Numbered from the stretch's first letter, positions 1-10,773 are shown. The stretch is DNA of 54,567 nucleotides from Candidatus Bathyarchaeota archaeon (GCA_026015035.1 JAOZHB010000050.1:1-54567); one strand, 5' to 3'. Numbers and translations: made by a program. The notes: generated from the sequence alone by a model not told the origin.

Positions 1-906
1 TCCTTAGTTACTGTAATAATTGCAGGTAGGAGAACTAGTGTAGAATCGAAAGTCGTAGGAAATAGGGATATTTCCCAAGGCAAGTAGATAGTCCTGCGGA
101 AAGAAACTCGACTATCCGAAAGGATGTAGAACATCACCGCGGAAACACGTCTCAATACTGAAACGGAAACCCAGGCTAACGCGGAGACGAAAGTCAAAGC
201 AGTAACTGGGGGCGGAAGTAGAAGTAGAGAAGAAGATCAGGGATTGGGACTCCTTGGGACTCTTACCTGCACTTTGTTTTATAGGGTTTTAGGTTTTGTT
301 GGAACTGTTTTAACTGTAGTTAGTCAGATATTCATTTGCTAGTTAGACAAGGTCAATTAGCATAGAGTAATCTTTACCGACTGCGCTCATTATTTTTATA
401 CCGCACGTGCTACTATTACTTCATTATCTCAAGCTAGCTAATAGTATCTAAAAGAACTAACAAACTTGGTATTTTTGATAAAATCATATATACGTCATAT
501 ACTCTTTTCTTTTTATTGGAGTTGATTTTATTTCAATTCTAAAAAAGTTTCTAACTTTATACTTTCTAAATTATTAAATATTTTATAAACTATTTTTCCC
601 CTCTTAATTATAAACTGATAAACTTAGAAACTTCATTGGATTTTTTATAATTTAAGAACAAAGTGAAGGCAAGCAAGATACTTTCAAATGTCATTGTCCC
701 CGTCATCGTCTTCAAGGATAACAGAGTTAGATAATTTCAAGACTGATGGTTTATTGCCAGAATTATTCGAGTAACTTAGCTAACCCGCGCTTCTAACGAT
801 ATCTACAAGCTGGTATGTGAATTTATCTAGCTAGTTAATTAAACAGGCCACATCATACTAGCTAGCTGGTGTATTTCATAAAATTAAATAAAAATGAAAG
901 AGTATT

Positions 907-2196
907 ATGTTTGATGTCAAGATGAGTCAAAAAGGTTCTCTAATTGGAACACAAGACCTCCCTATGATAAAGCCCGAAGAGGTGGGGATGTCCTCTGAAC
1001 GTCTTTCCAGAATCCGTCCTGTCATGCAACGTTATGTGGACTGCAATCTGGTGCCAGGTGTTGTCACTCTGGTCGCTCGTCAGGGCCAGGTAGTCTATCT
1101 GGATGCCGTTGGTTTCCGAGATGTTGAAGCCAAGGCTTCAATGAAGACAGATACCATCTTTCGTATAGCCTCCATGACCAAGCCTATCACTTCTGTTGCC
1201 TTGATGATGTTGTATGAAGAAGGTCACTTTTTACTTTCTGACCCCATCAGTAAATGGATTCCCGAATTCTCCGATCCTAAGGTAGCGATATCTGTACCAC
1301 AGAGGGAATTTGCAGGTACGCCTTGGACATTAGTTCCCGCTGCCAGACCCATTACCATCCGACATCTACTCACACATACGGCAGGCCTACAATCTCGATA
1401 TACGCAACATCGGGGAATAACTCAGGAAGAATTCACTAAGATCTCAGAACGTCAAAAGCCTGATGAAACCGTGGGAGAATTCGTCAAGCGTTTTGCCATG
1501 GTGCCCTTGAATTTTCATCCGGGTGATGCGTGGGACTATTCTAGAGCTACTTGCGTTGTAGGTCATCTGGTTGAAATCATCTCTGACATGACTTTAAATG
1601 AATTCTTCCGTGAAAGGATTTTTAAACCCATAAAAATGCTTGATACATACTTTTATCTTCCCAAGGAAAAACTTGACCGATTTGCATCCTGCTATACTAC
1701 AGACAATAATGAACAGATCAAATTATCCGATCCCGCATCCGTTGAGAGCCGATTTGTTAAGGAACCACATCTTTACTATATGGGTTCTGGCGGACTTATC
1801 TCTACAGCAGCAGACTATTTCCGTTTTGATCAGATGATGCTCAACGGTGGAGAACTGGATGGTGTGCGAATTTTAGGACGTAAAACTGTGGAGTTGATGA
1901 CTAGGAATCATACAGGAGATTATCCCATCTGGTTAAGGGGGCCGGGGACAGGTTTCGGACTGGGTTTTGGAATAATCATGAATACTGATCACGTTAATAC
2001 GCTTAAGAGCGTTCACAAGGGTCCTGAACCCTGGTCGGTGGGAACCTATCTTTGGGGTGGTGCCTTCTGTACTTTAGCTTGGGTTGATCCAATTGAACGA
2101 CTCATTGGCGTTCTAATGACTCAGGTTGGGCCCTACAGACACTTGAATATACGCCATGACGTTGTTGGTCTGGCTTATCAGGCTATCGTGGATTAG
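907..2196 (+). CDS. Serine hydrolase, beta-lactamase class C/esterase family
   Basis: FRIASMTK (SxxK), LLTHTAGL, WDYS and WGG motifs; start may be ATG 922. Confidence 0.9.
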   Translation: MFDVKMSQKGSLIGTQDLPMIKPEEVGMSSERLSRIRPVMQRYVDCNLVPGVVTLVARQGQVVYLDAVGFRDVEAKASMKTDTIFRIASMTKPITSVALMMLYEEGHFLLSDPISKWIPEFSDPKVAISVPQREFAGTPWTLVPAARPITIRHLLTHTAGLQSRYTQHRGITQEEFTKISERQKPDETVGEFVKRFAMVPLNFHPGDAWDYSRATCVVGHLVEIISDMTLNEFFRERIFKPIKMLDTYFYLPKEKLDRFASCYTTDNNEQIKLSDPASVESRFVKEPHLYYMGSGGLISTAADYFRFDQMMLNGGELDGVRILGRKTVELMTRNHTGDYPIWLRGPGTGFGLGFGIIMNTDHVNTLKSVHKGPEPWSVGTYLWGGAFCTLAWVDPIERLIGVLMTQVGPYRHLNIRHDVVGLAYQAIVD

Positions 2197-2339
2197 TGGG
2201 ACTAAGCTAGCGCGTGCGCTAAGAAACGACAACTGTACAATGCTACAGTCAGCAACTAATCTGTTCCTCTTTTTTTTCTCTTTCTTATTTTTCATTGTTT
2301 AGTATTCACTAAAGCGCGCTAATTATTTAGACTGATAGT

Positions 2340-2528
2340 TCATTGTCGTCGTTGTTTACGTAGCTCTTTAGGGCGAGTTCGTTGTGTTCTCAGGTGTATA
2401 GCTAAGATGCCTAAGAAGAGCATTATGAGTGATATGATGAAGAGTTCAACGCTTTGAGTCCTCTCCCATACGCCTAAAATTATGATGAAAGACATTGTGA
2501 TTAAGATGATGTATTGACTCAATTTCAA
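2340..2528 (-). CDS. Small membrane protein (2 TM helices, basic tail)
   Basis: Two hydrophobic stretches; GGAGGG upstream on the minus strand. Confidence 0.55.
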   Translation of the reverse strand: MKLSQYIILITMSFIIILGVWERTQSVELFIISLIMLFLGILAIHLRTQRTRPKELRKQRRQ

Positions 2529-2746
2529 TCATTTATCCCTCCAATTAACATAGAACTCCTCTAATTAGATGTACTTAGATAACTAAAATATTATTTTCCA
2601 CTTTAGCCAAACGTATACTGAAATACATCCTTTAATGACAATAGACAAGGCTCCTAAACAACTAATGGGTACCTAATTAAGTCTTAGAATAAAAATTTGC
2701 TAGCCAGCTACACTCACTATATTCACTAAAAAAGAGAGAAAAAATA

Positions 2747-3090
2747 ATGTCAGTACGTAACCATCGATTGGCGAGAGAGAAAAAACAATTGAAGCCATGA
2801 TAAAAATATATTGTAATGATCATCATAGCACCAGTAATGAGCTTTGTTCAAACTGTCAAGAGCTTTTTGAATATGCAAAGACATGTCTTGAAAAATGCCC
2901 CTTCCAGGAGAATAAACCAACCTGTGCCAAATGTCCAATACATTGTTACAAACCACGTATGAGAATAAAGATAAGGTCTGTCATGAGGTATTCAGGACCT
3001 CGAATGTTATTCAAACACCCAGTTTTAGCATTGCATCACGTTCTTGACGGATTCAAGAAACCTGAAAAAACTCCAAAAAGTCAAGGATAA
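2747..3090 (+). CDS. YgbA-family (nitrous oxide-stimulated promoter) Cys-rich protein, apparently frameshifted near the 5' end
   Basis: MIKIYC..C..C..CP..KPTC..CPIHCYKP..MRYSGPRM pattern in ORF 2797-3090; the upstream RLAREK(K)TIEA segment from ATG 2747 is one base out of frame at an A6 run. Confidence 0.8.
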
Positions 3091-3365
3091 AGCAAAATAA
3101 AGGCTAGAAACGTTTTATTTTACCTAATGAAAAAATGCCTGGATGTTTAATGCAGACAATACTTAATAAAAAAGTTGGTCTGCTCATTTATTAGCAAAGA
3201 ATGAGAGAGAGCTATTATCAGATAATATCACAATAGTCGTCTAGCACTCACAATTTGTGACCATCTTTAATGATGATATTGTGTGAGTGTCGATTGTGCG
3301 CTGATTATATAACTTTCACAACTCAAAAACATTAATGATAAAAAATTAAAGGGGTGAATGAAAAG

Positions 3366-3497
3366 ATGAGAGAATTTACATGTATCTATCATTTGTTTAA
3401 TCAGGACGTACAAAAGAGGAAGAAAGGACTATCAGAACACACAAAAGAATTATATCGTGATATCAAAGAAAGACTTGAGAAATTATTTCTAGAATGA
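3366..3497 (+). CDS. Small hypothetical protein (43 aa, MREFTCIYHL...)
   Basis: Manually translated ORF with GGGGTGA RBS upstream. Confidence 0.4.
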   Translation: MREFTCIYHLFNQDVQKRKKGLSEHTKELYRDIKERLEKLFLE

Positions 3498-3537
3498 AAG
3501 TGTGCATGGGCAATTAAACACACGACATTTTCCTTTT

Positions 3538-4350
3538 TTATTTATTGGATTTCGAACCATTCAGCTGATAGCTAGTTAGTTCTTCCTTGATAACGGACGG
3601 CAACCAATCTCTCTCATGGGGAATATTCTCGTTCATTCGTGCGATAGCGATGGGTAAACGCCAAGCCTTGAGTTCTTTGAGTGAAATGTCTCGGATTTCT
3701 CTGTATCGTTCAAGATAGCGGTCAATGAACGATTGTAAGGTCCCATGCCATTCTGGGGGGACGGCGAATTGAAAGCCTTGCGACATCAACAACGTTCTGG
3801 CAATATCGGCGTGTGGATTGCCTTGGCATGCGGTCATCCAGTCGATGATTACTGGTCCTCGTGGTGACATGATGACATTCATCGGATGTATGTCATAGTG
3901 GCAAAGGCTAGTTCCATCTTTCCTTTGGTTGAGGACGTGAAGTGCCCTCGTTCTCTCTTCATCAGAAAGCGTCTTTGCTTGGCGGATGTTACGCTCTATC
4001 ATGCCGCGCAGAGAAGGTATATCGGGTATCTCGTGTGAATGGATGGCTGTGTGCAGTTCTGCAAGTATCTCAGCATATCGTGGAGCCTCATTGGGTTTTG
4101 TTCCCATCTCCTCTAGCATGGGGTTCCCTTCTACTCGTTCGAAGATTATCCCCTTTCGTCCATCCATGTCAATGATGCCTTCGACGGCTGGGGCTGGCAA
4201 GCCAGACTCGTAGATAACGCGGGATAGCTTCTCCTCTCTTTCGATCCAGCTATGAGGACACCAATCCATAAACAATTTTAGGACTCTGTTATCGCCCCAA
4301 GCAAATACCTCGGCGGTACGACCAGTCCCAATGAGTGGCCCTTTCTTCAT
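3538..4350 (-). CDS. Aminoglycoside phosphotransferase/kinase-like protein
   Basis: IGTGRTAEVF, VLKL, CHYDIHPMN and IIDW kinase motifs. Confidence 0.85.
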   Translation of the reverse strand: MKKGPLIGTGRTAEVFAWGDNRVLKLFMDWCPHSWIEREEKLSRVIYESGLPAPAVEGIIDMDGRKGIIFERVEGNPMLEEMGTKPNEAPRYAEILAELHTAIHSHEIPDIPSLRGMIERNIRQAKTLSDEERTRALHVLNQRKDGTSLCHYDIHPMNVIMSPRGPVIIDWMTACQGNPHADIARTLLMSQGFQFAVPPEWHGTLQSFIDRYLERYREIRDISLKELKAWRLPIAIARMNENIPHERDWLPSVIKEELTSYQLNGSKSNK

Positions 4351-4395
4351 TCTGAATTCCCGATAGCTAGCTAATTTCGTCGTGAGAAGATCTTA

Positions 4396-4704
4396 TTACT
4401 TCTTTGCTTGTTCAAGCCAATCTTTTATGAACTTTAAGTTGCTAACGGATGTTGGTACGAACTCGGAGTAGGCCAGTGCTTGTTGATAAAGCCTTGCAAC
4501 TATTTTCAATGCCTTTTCTCTGTTTTCCTCATTTAAATTGTCAATGAGTTTTTCACATTCCTTTAATGAATTTACTGCTGGAACAGTAAGGTCTTGTGCA
4601 TCATAACTGTAAGACTCGATTTCAGATACACACTCTTTGATTTTCTGCGTAATCTCAGACAAGAAGTCATTCACCTTTATTGCCATTAAGCAATTATACA
4701 CCAC
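4396..4704 (-). CDS. Hypothetical helical protein
   Basis: 102 aa ORF with protein-like composition. Confidence 0.55.
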   Translation of the reverse strand: MVYNCLMAIKVNDFLSEITQKIKECVSEIESYSYDAQDLTVPAVNSLKECEKLIDNLNEENREKALKIVARLYQQALAYSEFVPTSVSNLKFIKDWLEQAKK

Positions 4705-4833
4705 TTCTTATTTATTTACTTCTCAAAGGCATAGTCATTTATACGGTATAGCACCTCATAACTAAGTGATTTGTAATCAAGCTCCGAGGTGGGGAGCTAT
4801 ATAAATACCAAGAAGAAAGGGAGGTAGAGAAAT

Positions 4834-5172
4834 ATGCCGACTCTTTTTGCTGTGTACAACATAAAAGAGAAACAAATGGCTGAGGAATTCGACAAATATC
4901 TCACCAACACGAAAATTCCAGGGATCAGAGGGGCGCCTTGGTGTACAGCATTTAATACTTGGAAGATAGACAAGGTTCTTGCGCCTGCAGTTTCTGAACC
5001 TGAGGGAGAACTGCCTTCAGAGTCTCCTTACATGTATGTTGCCAAGATTGAAGTATCTGATTTAGATGCAATGGTGAGTTTTCTTGGCACTGATGAAGGA
5101 AAAGCATTTGTCAAATCCTGGAGTGTCTACATTGATCCTGGAGCGATCTTCACACTGGGGCATGAAGTATAG
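4834..5172 (+). CDS. Dimeric alpha/beta-barrel (EthD/REDY-like) protein
   Basis: Size and pattern (LFAVYNIK..PYMYVAKIEV.D); GGAGG RBS. Confidence 0.6.
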   Translation: MPTLFAVYNIKEKQMAEEFDKYLTNTKIPGIRGAPWCTAFNTWKIDKVLAPAVSEPEGELPSESPYMYVAKIEVSDLDAMVSFLGTDEGKAFVKSWSVYIDPGAIFTLGHEV

Positions 5173-5313
5173 CAATCAGCTAACTAACGAGCGCACGCAC
5201 TAAATAGGAAATCAACAGGCAACTAAAAGCAAATAAACACATATCACCTCCTTTCTTTTTATTAGCTAGCTAGCTGAGATGCATCGTTCACTGATACAGA
5301 AGTTCATAGACTA

Positions 5314-5940
5314 ATGGAACGGGAATCGAAAGTATTGACTGAAAAAGAAGAGATTGTAAGAAAGGGATATGACCTAATGGCTGGAGACTATCATGATCAA
5401 CGTAATATCTTTAGAAACAAAAAAGAACTAGAAGAATTTACTAGTTTATTACCCAGAAACGCAAATGTCTTAGACCTGGGCTGCGGCGCCGGAGTTCCGG
5501 TAACAAAGGTCTTGGTTGAATCTGGATTATCCGTTACAGGAGTCGATTTCTCAGAAAGCATGCTTAACCTAGCAACTAAAAACGTGCCAGAAGCCAAATT
5601 CATTAAGAAAAATATGACGGAACTGGACTTCAAAGACAACTCCTTTAATGGTCTAACGGCATGCTATTCCATAATCCATGTACCCAGAGAGAAGCATGTT
5701 CCGTTATTTCAAACGTTCCATAGAATACTAAAACCCAACGGTATACTATTGATCAGTATGGGTTCCACTGGTTGGGAAGGAACGGAAGAATTTCATGGTA
5801 CACAAATGTTTTGGAGTCATTATGACCCTGAGAAAACTTTGCAGATATTAACAGATGCCGGGTTTGAGATTCTATTTGATAAGATTATTGCAGATGTTGG
5901 AGAAAAACATTATTGGATATTAGCTAAGAATAGAAAATAA
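5314..5940 (+). CDS. Class I SAM-dependent methyltransferase
   Basis: VLDLGCGAG, GVDFS, YSIIHVP, LKPNG. Confidence 0.92.
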   Translation: MERESKVLTEKEEIVRKGYDLMAGDYHDQRNIFRNKKELEEFTSLLPRNANVLDLGCGAGVPVTKVLVESGLSVTGVDFSESMLNLATKNVPEAKFIKKNMTELDFKDNSFNGLTACYSIIHVPREKHVPLFQTFHRILKPNGILLISMGSTGWEGTEEFHGTQMFWSHYDPEKTLQILTDAGFEILFDKIIADVGEKHYWILAKNRK

Positions 5941-6049
5941 TCTACACGCTTCTTGTAATCAGTATAACAGTCAGTACTATTCGAATACTAACAAACGATA
6001 AATCTAGCTAGCTTCTAATGAGTTGGGTTACGAGCTGTATGGTTCGAAG

Positions 6050-6169
6050 CCGCTGAGGGGGTCGTGGGCTGGGAGCTGGTGATGCCTGCGTCGACTTGTC
6101 CACTCACGAGTATCCCAATTCGACGCATTGGGCCCGCCGATCCTCGGACGCTCCCGGCATTTCAGGCGG
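6050..6169. ncRNA. Candidate structured RNA/DNA element, family unknown
   Basis: GC-rich intergenic patch with complementary segments 6087-6094/6120-6127, 6057-6064/6138-6145, 6068-6076/6150-6158, 6050-6056/6162-6169. Confidence 0.3.
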
Positions 6170-6584
6170 ATTTAACAAGGTATAATGCACGCAATATCCG
6201 TGTCATTTCCCTATGTAACAGGTCATCTTTTAGGCGCCTTAGACGAAATACGCCGCGATTTAATCTCCTTCCCAGAAAAATTTTTTTCAATTTATCGTTT
6301 TTTACATATGGAAAAATGAGAGAGACCCAGTCCACCTGTACATACAGCAGTGGCCTATCTGGCTAGCGATAAATGGTAATGTATCCCAATTATTTCCTAA
6401 AATTTACATTTTAGAGCCCGAGAATTTGCCCTTTTTATGCATTATCTTAAAGAAATCTGTAAATTCAAAACAGCTAGCTAGCTTTGTTCTTTCATACAAA
6501 GAGGCTTGGATGAAGCAATCTCTAACAGCTAGCTAAATTTTTTTATTAGTTTTGCTAAAGGATGTATTAAGCTGGGATTGAACC

Positions 6585-7058
6585 TTGATAAAGGCCATTA
6601 TTTTTGATTTAGGAGGCACCCTGATACAAGTAGAAAAGAAAGTAGGTAAAACTTATGAGACATTACCGTACGCGGTAGGAGTCCTCACTCAATTGAAGAA
6701 GAAATTTAAATTAGCCCTTATTACGAATGTTCGACCTACTGTAACTGTTGAGAGAGTCCATGAAGTTTTACGAGAAGCAGCTTTATTTGATTTTTTTGAT
6801 GAGATAATTGTTTCTAGCGGAGTTGGATACGATAAACCAGCTGAACAGATCTTTCAAATTGTTTTAGAAAAATTGAATGTTAAACCAGAAGAAGCCGTTA
6901 TGGTAGGTAATACCATTTCAACAGACGTTTTTGGGGGTAATAGGATGGGAATGAAAACCGTGTTAATTCAACTTGGTCAAGAGTATCAGAAAAGTGATTG
7001 GGAGAAACCTGATCATATTATTCATTCATTAAAAGAACTAGCTAACCAATGTAAATGA
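6585..7058 (+). CDS. HAD-superfamily hydrolase
   Basis: IIFDLGGTL, ITN, KP and MVGN..TD motifs. Confidence 0.88.
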   Translation: MIKAIIFDLGGTLIQVEKKVGKTYETLPYAVGVLTQLKKKFKLALITNVRPTVTVERVHEVLREAALFDFFDEIIVSSGVGYDKPAEQIFQIVLEKLNVKPEEAVMVGNTISTDVFGGNRMGMKTVLIQLGQEYQKSDWEKPDHIIHSLKELANQCK

Positions 7059-7290
7059 GTCACTCCTTTATAATTTTCACTGTCGTCTTCTTAGGCGTCT
7101 GTGTATGAGACTGCAATAATCTATTCATGACCTAATTGAATTGCTTGCTAGCTTTTTACAGCATCCCACGACGGCTAACAGCAAGGCTTATCCCACGCCA
7201 AGTTACCAGTACCTAAAACAATAAACCTTACAAATCTGTTAACCACGCTAGTCTAATTAACTTGTGTTTATACGTGATTGGGTGGAAAAC

Positions 7291-8151
7291 ATGGGATACA
7301 AGGGTAACGAAGCTGAGTGGATAAGAGACGAAGTGAAAACATTCACTAATTCTCCAGCAAACACTATGAAGAAGTGGGATAATGAACCTGCGTGGGGAGA
7401 ACCCGTTGTCGGATTCAGTAATGGAGCAGATCCGTTATACGCCTTTTACAAAGAAGATATAGGAGCGTTCTATAGATTTCCTTTGGAATTCCTCGAAAAT
7501 AAGTACCCCCATCAAACCTTCGAAGCCAAGAACATCACGGTGATAAGTTGGATCCTACCTCAAACCGAAGCGACAAAACATGATCACCGAAAAGAGACTC
7601 ATTTTCCAAGCGAGCGGTGGGCGCGTTCCAGGATCTTTGGTGAGGAATTCAATAACAAGCTTAGAGCGCACATGGTGGACGTGTTGAACGACAAGGGTAT
7701 AGAAGCCGTGGCTCCCCTGTTATCGCCTCTATGGAAGAGCATGACGTCTCGGAAATATGGATACGCATCAACGTGGTCAGAGCGACATGCAGCCTACGCT
7801 GCGGGCCTGGGCGCCTTCGGGCTGTCCGATGGCTTGATTACCCCCGTTGGGAAAGCAATGAGAACGGGGTCAGTAGTGGCCCACCTCTCTATTACACCGA
7901 CTGAGAGGCCGTACGATAATCATAATGCCTATTGCCTCTTCCACATGAAAGGGACCTGTGGAAAATGCATGGAACGGTGCCCCATAGGCGCTATAACCGA
8001 GGAAGGTCATAACAAATTGATGTGCCGAAACTATGTTAGGATGACAAGAAAATACGTTCCAAGACACTATGGCTTCGAGGGTTATGGCTGCGGGTTCTGT
8101 CAAACCGATGTTCCCTGCGAATCAGGGATCCCAGATGAACTAGCAATCTAG
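7291..8151 (+). CDS. Epoxyqueuosine reductase (QueG)-like 4Fe-4S protein
   Basis: WSERHAAYAAGLG, CGKCMERCP, CGFCQTDVPC. Confidence 0.8.
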   Translation: MGYKGNEAEWIRDEVKTFTNSPANTMKKWDNEPAWGEPVVGFSNGADPLYAFYKEDIGAFYRFPLEFLENKYPHQTFEAKNITVISWILPQTEATKHDHRKETHFPSERWARSRIFGEEFNNKLRAHMVDVLNDKGIEAVAPLLSPLWKSMTSRKYGYASTWSERHAAYAAGLGAFGLSDGLITPVGKAMRTGSVVAHLSITPTERPYDNHNAYCLFHMKGTCGKCMERCPIGAITEEGHNKLMCRNYVRMTRKYVPRHYGFEGYGCGFCQTDVPCESGIPDELAI

Positions 8152-8278
8152 CATCACTCCTTCTTCAGCGTTTAAGGTGCATATGCCTTGCTAGCTAATT
8201 CGCTTCAATCGTGCTGGACTGACGAGCACCAATATTCCTGTTCGGCACTCCAAGTCTTCCCATTTCACGCAGCTTATG

Positions 8279-8575
8279 TTATCCTCCGCCCACCATTGGA
8301 GGTACAGGTATTATTTCTACAACGTCGTTGTTCTTTAGTTTCGTATGTAGACCAGAGAGACTGCGTGAATTCCTACCGTTAATCAAGAAATAGATTGAAG
8401 GGTCGGTTTTCCTAATCTCCCCTTTTTGATAGAGGTAATTTAGTGCTTTTTCATATTTAGATGCTATGACCTCGATGAGGTCAGCGAGGGTTAAATCTTC
8501 TATTATCGTCAGCTCCTCCTCTCGGCTTCCAGCTAATTCTCTCAATGTTGAATAAAACCGTACTTTAACTATCAA
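8279..8575 (-). CDS. MoaD/ThiS/SAMP ubiquitin-like sulfur carrier
   Basis: VKVRFYSTLRELAG..LINGR..C-terminal GG. Confidence 0.88.
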   Translation of the reverse strand: MIVKVRFYSTLRELAGSREEELTIIEDLTLADLIEVIASKYEKALNYLYQKGEIRKTDPSIYFLINGRNSRSLSGLHTKLKNNDVVEIIPVPPMVGGG

Positions 8576-8738
8576 TGCGACGCCAGCTCGCTCTTAAGGG
8601 AAATTTGGAAAGTAATATTACTGTTTTATACCTAATGGTTTATAACAATTTAATGTCCTACCTAGAAGATTTACGCTAGATTTTGACTGCATAACTTATT
8701 TATTCTTTCTATAAATTCGTAGAAATGAGAATTATATC

Positions 8739-9074
8739 ATGGAAGAACTTTTTCTCATATCGATTGTCGCTGTTTTTATAATAGGTTTGATAGGCATCAA
8801 GTCCCGTCATTATCTCATGAAACTCTCCCAACGTGCATGGGAGCAAAGAAAACAACAAACTGCTTACATCAAAGAATCAGAAAAACTAAAGCAGTCATCG
8901 GTATCAAGTACTATGGAACAACAAAATTATGAACGATTAAGAAGAGAATTGGTTGAAAACCATAATGGATGGCATCATACAGAAAAGAGGTATATGAACA
9001 ACGTCTTTAAATGGATCCTAATTGTATCTTTTTTCTGTCTCTTAGCTTGCATATCAACGTTAATTATCTTTTAA
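8739..9074 (+). CDS. Hypothetical membrane protein
   Basis: N- and C-terminal TM segments. Confidence 0.6.
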   Translation: MEELFLISIVAVFIIGLIGIKSRHYLMKLSQRAWEQRKQQTAYIKESEKLKQSSVSSTMEQQNYERLRRELVENHNGWHHTEKRYMNNVFKWILIVSFFCLLACISTLIIF

Positions 9075-9453
9075 GTAAGATTCACTGTAGGAATGAAAAT
9101 AATATGTATAGCTAGCTTTCCTTAATCTATGTTTTGCCTCTTCAAGTCGTAGATGGCTTCATACGCTGATTCTTCTACACGAAGGCCACTGGAGGCGAAT
9201 TCGTCACCAGTGGTCATATAGCTGCTCATGAAGAGAAGTATCGCTCATCAAAATAAAAGCACAAGGCGTATCCATAGCTAGCTACTCTTGGTAACAAGGT
9301 CAACCGGTAATTACGTCGCCTGTTTCATCGTAGCCCGTGATGATGTACCCGTCTGGTACTCACCACTTAAAACCTATGAAATAATTATTTAACGAGATTG
9401 CGTTTAACTTGATAGCTCAGTCGGGTACCAAAAGAGGGGGGTGGGGCGTTTCG

Positions 9454-9942
9454 ATGCGGGGTAAAAGTCATTTGTTGCTGGCGATCCCCCTGTACGTTCT
9501 CAGCGTTAAATACCTCTCCCATGCTCAGGAACTCTTGTTATCTCCGTTTTTCGCCTTGTACTGTCTCACGGCCATGGTGGGCGCCCTCTTCCCCGATGTA
9601 GACTGGGCCATCGACAGAGTTATTCCGGGATTCGGTCATCGAAACCCTCTCACGCACTCGCTGCTGGGGCCCCTGCTCCTCTACATCCCGATATTCATCT
9701 ACAAGGTTTCCCATCCCCTGCTCACCAACTCGTACAACGCTTTCACCTTCGGGATTGCGACTCATCTATTCGGCGACTTAGTGAAAAGAGGCAACTTGAC
9801 ATGGGTCAAGTCGAGAAAACAAGAACACGCGTGGTACATCCTGAACGGAGCCGTATTGGTAGTCCTCTTATCCATGACCGAATTCCTCAAGGCCCTCCCT
9901 CTTGGAACGTCAATCATTAATTTCATCAACACCTTCTCTTGA
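9454..9942 (+). CDS. Membrane-bound metal-dependent hydrolase (YdjM-like)
   Basis: SH, GALFPDVD, HRNPLTHS and THLFGD motifs. Confidence 0.85.
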   Translation: MRGKSHLLLAIPLYVLSVKYLSHAQELLLSPFFALYCLTAMVGALFPDVDWAIDRVIPGFGHRNPLTHSLLGPLLLYIPIFIYKVSHPLLTNSYNAFTFGIATHLFGDLVKRGNLTWVKSRKQEHAWYILNGAVLVVLLSMTEFLKALPLGTSIINFINTFS

Positions 9943-10185
9943 AAACGCTGCGTTAAGCAAGCTAGAGGCTGATGAGTAATTATTGACGCTTCCATACTCT
10001 TGCTTACCCCGTTCCTTCCGACGTTATGCTGTGAGCCGTGTTGGGAGCCCCACGAGGCTTTCAAAGCCGCGTTCGACGCTCTACCGCTTCTGCTTCAGCC
10101 TCCTGTACAACTGCGAGCCCCCTTCGATGACGGGGTGGAGCGCGCGCTAGGCTCGACGTGGGCTGCTGCCTGAAGACGACTGACG

Positions 10186-10773
10186 TTACCTTGCCAGGGT
10201 GAAGCCCACTAAACAGGTGCCGACTGCACCTTCTTCAGAGGGGACATCTAGCATTCGCTTGATCAGGATGTCCCCTTCTGTTGAGGGCGTTCCAAAGACG
10301 CTGCATTTGACGGTGGAGAGGCCTTGAAGCTGAATTGCTTCTCGAGAAGGGTATATGATCCGGAGTTTACGCCTTCCCGCGGGATCTTTCGGAAGCCGCT
10401 TCACGTAGACGACGAAGTTTTCCCAGAGGAAGAAGTTATAAGGGCTTTTTCTCAGTTCCTCCAACGCGTCTTCGTCGTCTATGAGTTCACCTACGACTTG
10501 ATCGCCGCATCTCATGCTTACGTGGGGGTGATGGGGATGCGGAAATATTGACGACTGGATAACCATGGCGACAGTGAACTCCATCTGAAGGGCGGCTCTC
10601 ACGCCCTCATTCAGGGATTTGGACATCCCGAAAACGATTTTCTCCTCTACGTTCTTTTCAAGATCAAGAACTGTCTGCTTCTCCTCCTCTGACAGAAGCC
10701 TTGCGGCGATGACACCGCAGCACCCTCGTAACGTCCTTATCACGTTTTCAAGCTGACCCTTCTTGGTTTCCAT
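10186..10773 (-). CDS. Hypothetical protein
   Basis: 195 aa ORF, RBS-like GGGGAG upstream. Confidence 0.65.
   Translation of the reverse strand: METKKGQLENVIRTLRGCCGVIAARLLSEEEKQTVLDLEKNVEEKIVFGMSKSLNEGVRAALQMEFTVAMVIQSSIFPHPHHPHVSMRCGDQVVGELIDDEDALEELRKSPYNFFLWENFVVYVKRLPKDPAGRRKLRIIYPSREAIQLQGLSTVKCSVFGTPSTEGDILIKRMLDVPSEEGAVGTCLVGFTLAR

Noticed and set aside
1-330. Purine-skewed non-coding stretch with a TTGGGACTC tandem and GTTTTGTTGGAAC, similar to GTTCCACAAAAC at 29637
   Set aside because: Only a short imperfect match in a different arrangement; not a convincing ORB, IS end or repeat family, and cut by the window edge
6064-6366. 100-aa ORF over the structured element
   Set aside because: No recognisable motifs or RBS and atypical composition
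9960-10185. GC-rich intergenic segment considered as SRP or RNase P RNA
   Set aside because: Lacks the SRP helix-8 motif and the RNase P conserved P4 sequences
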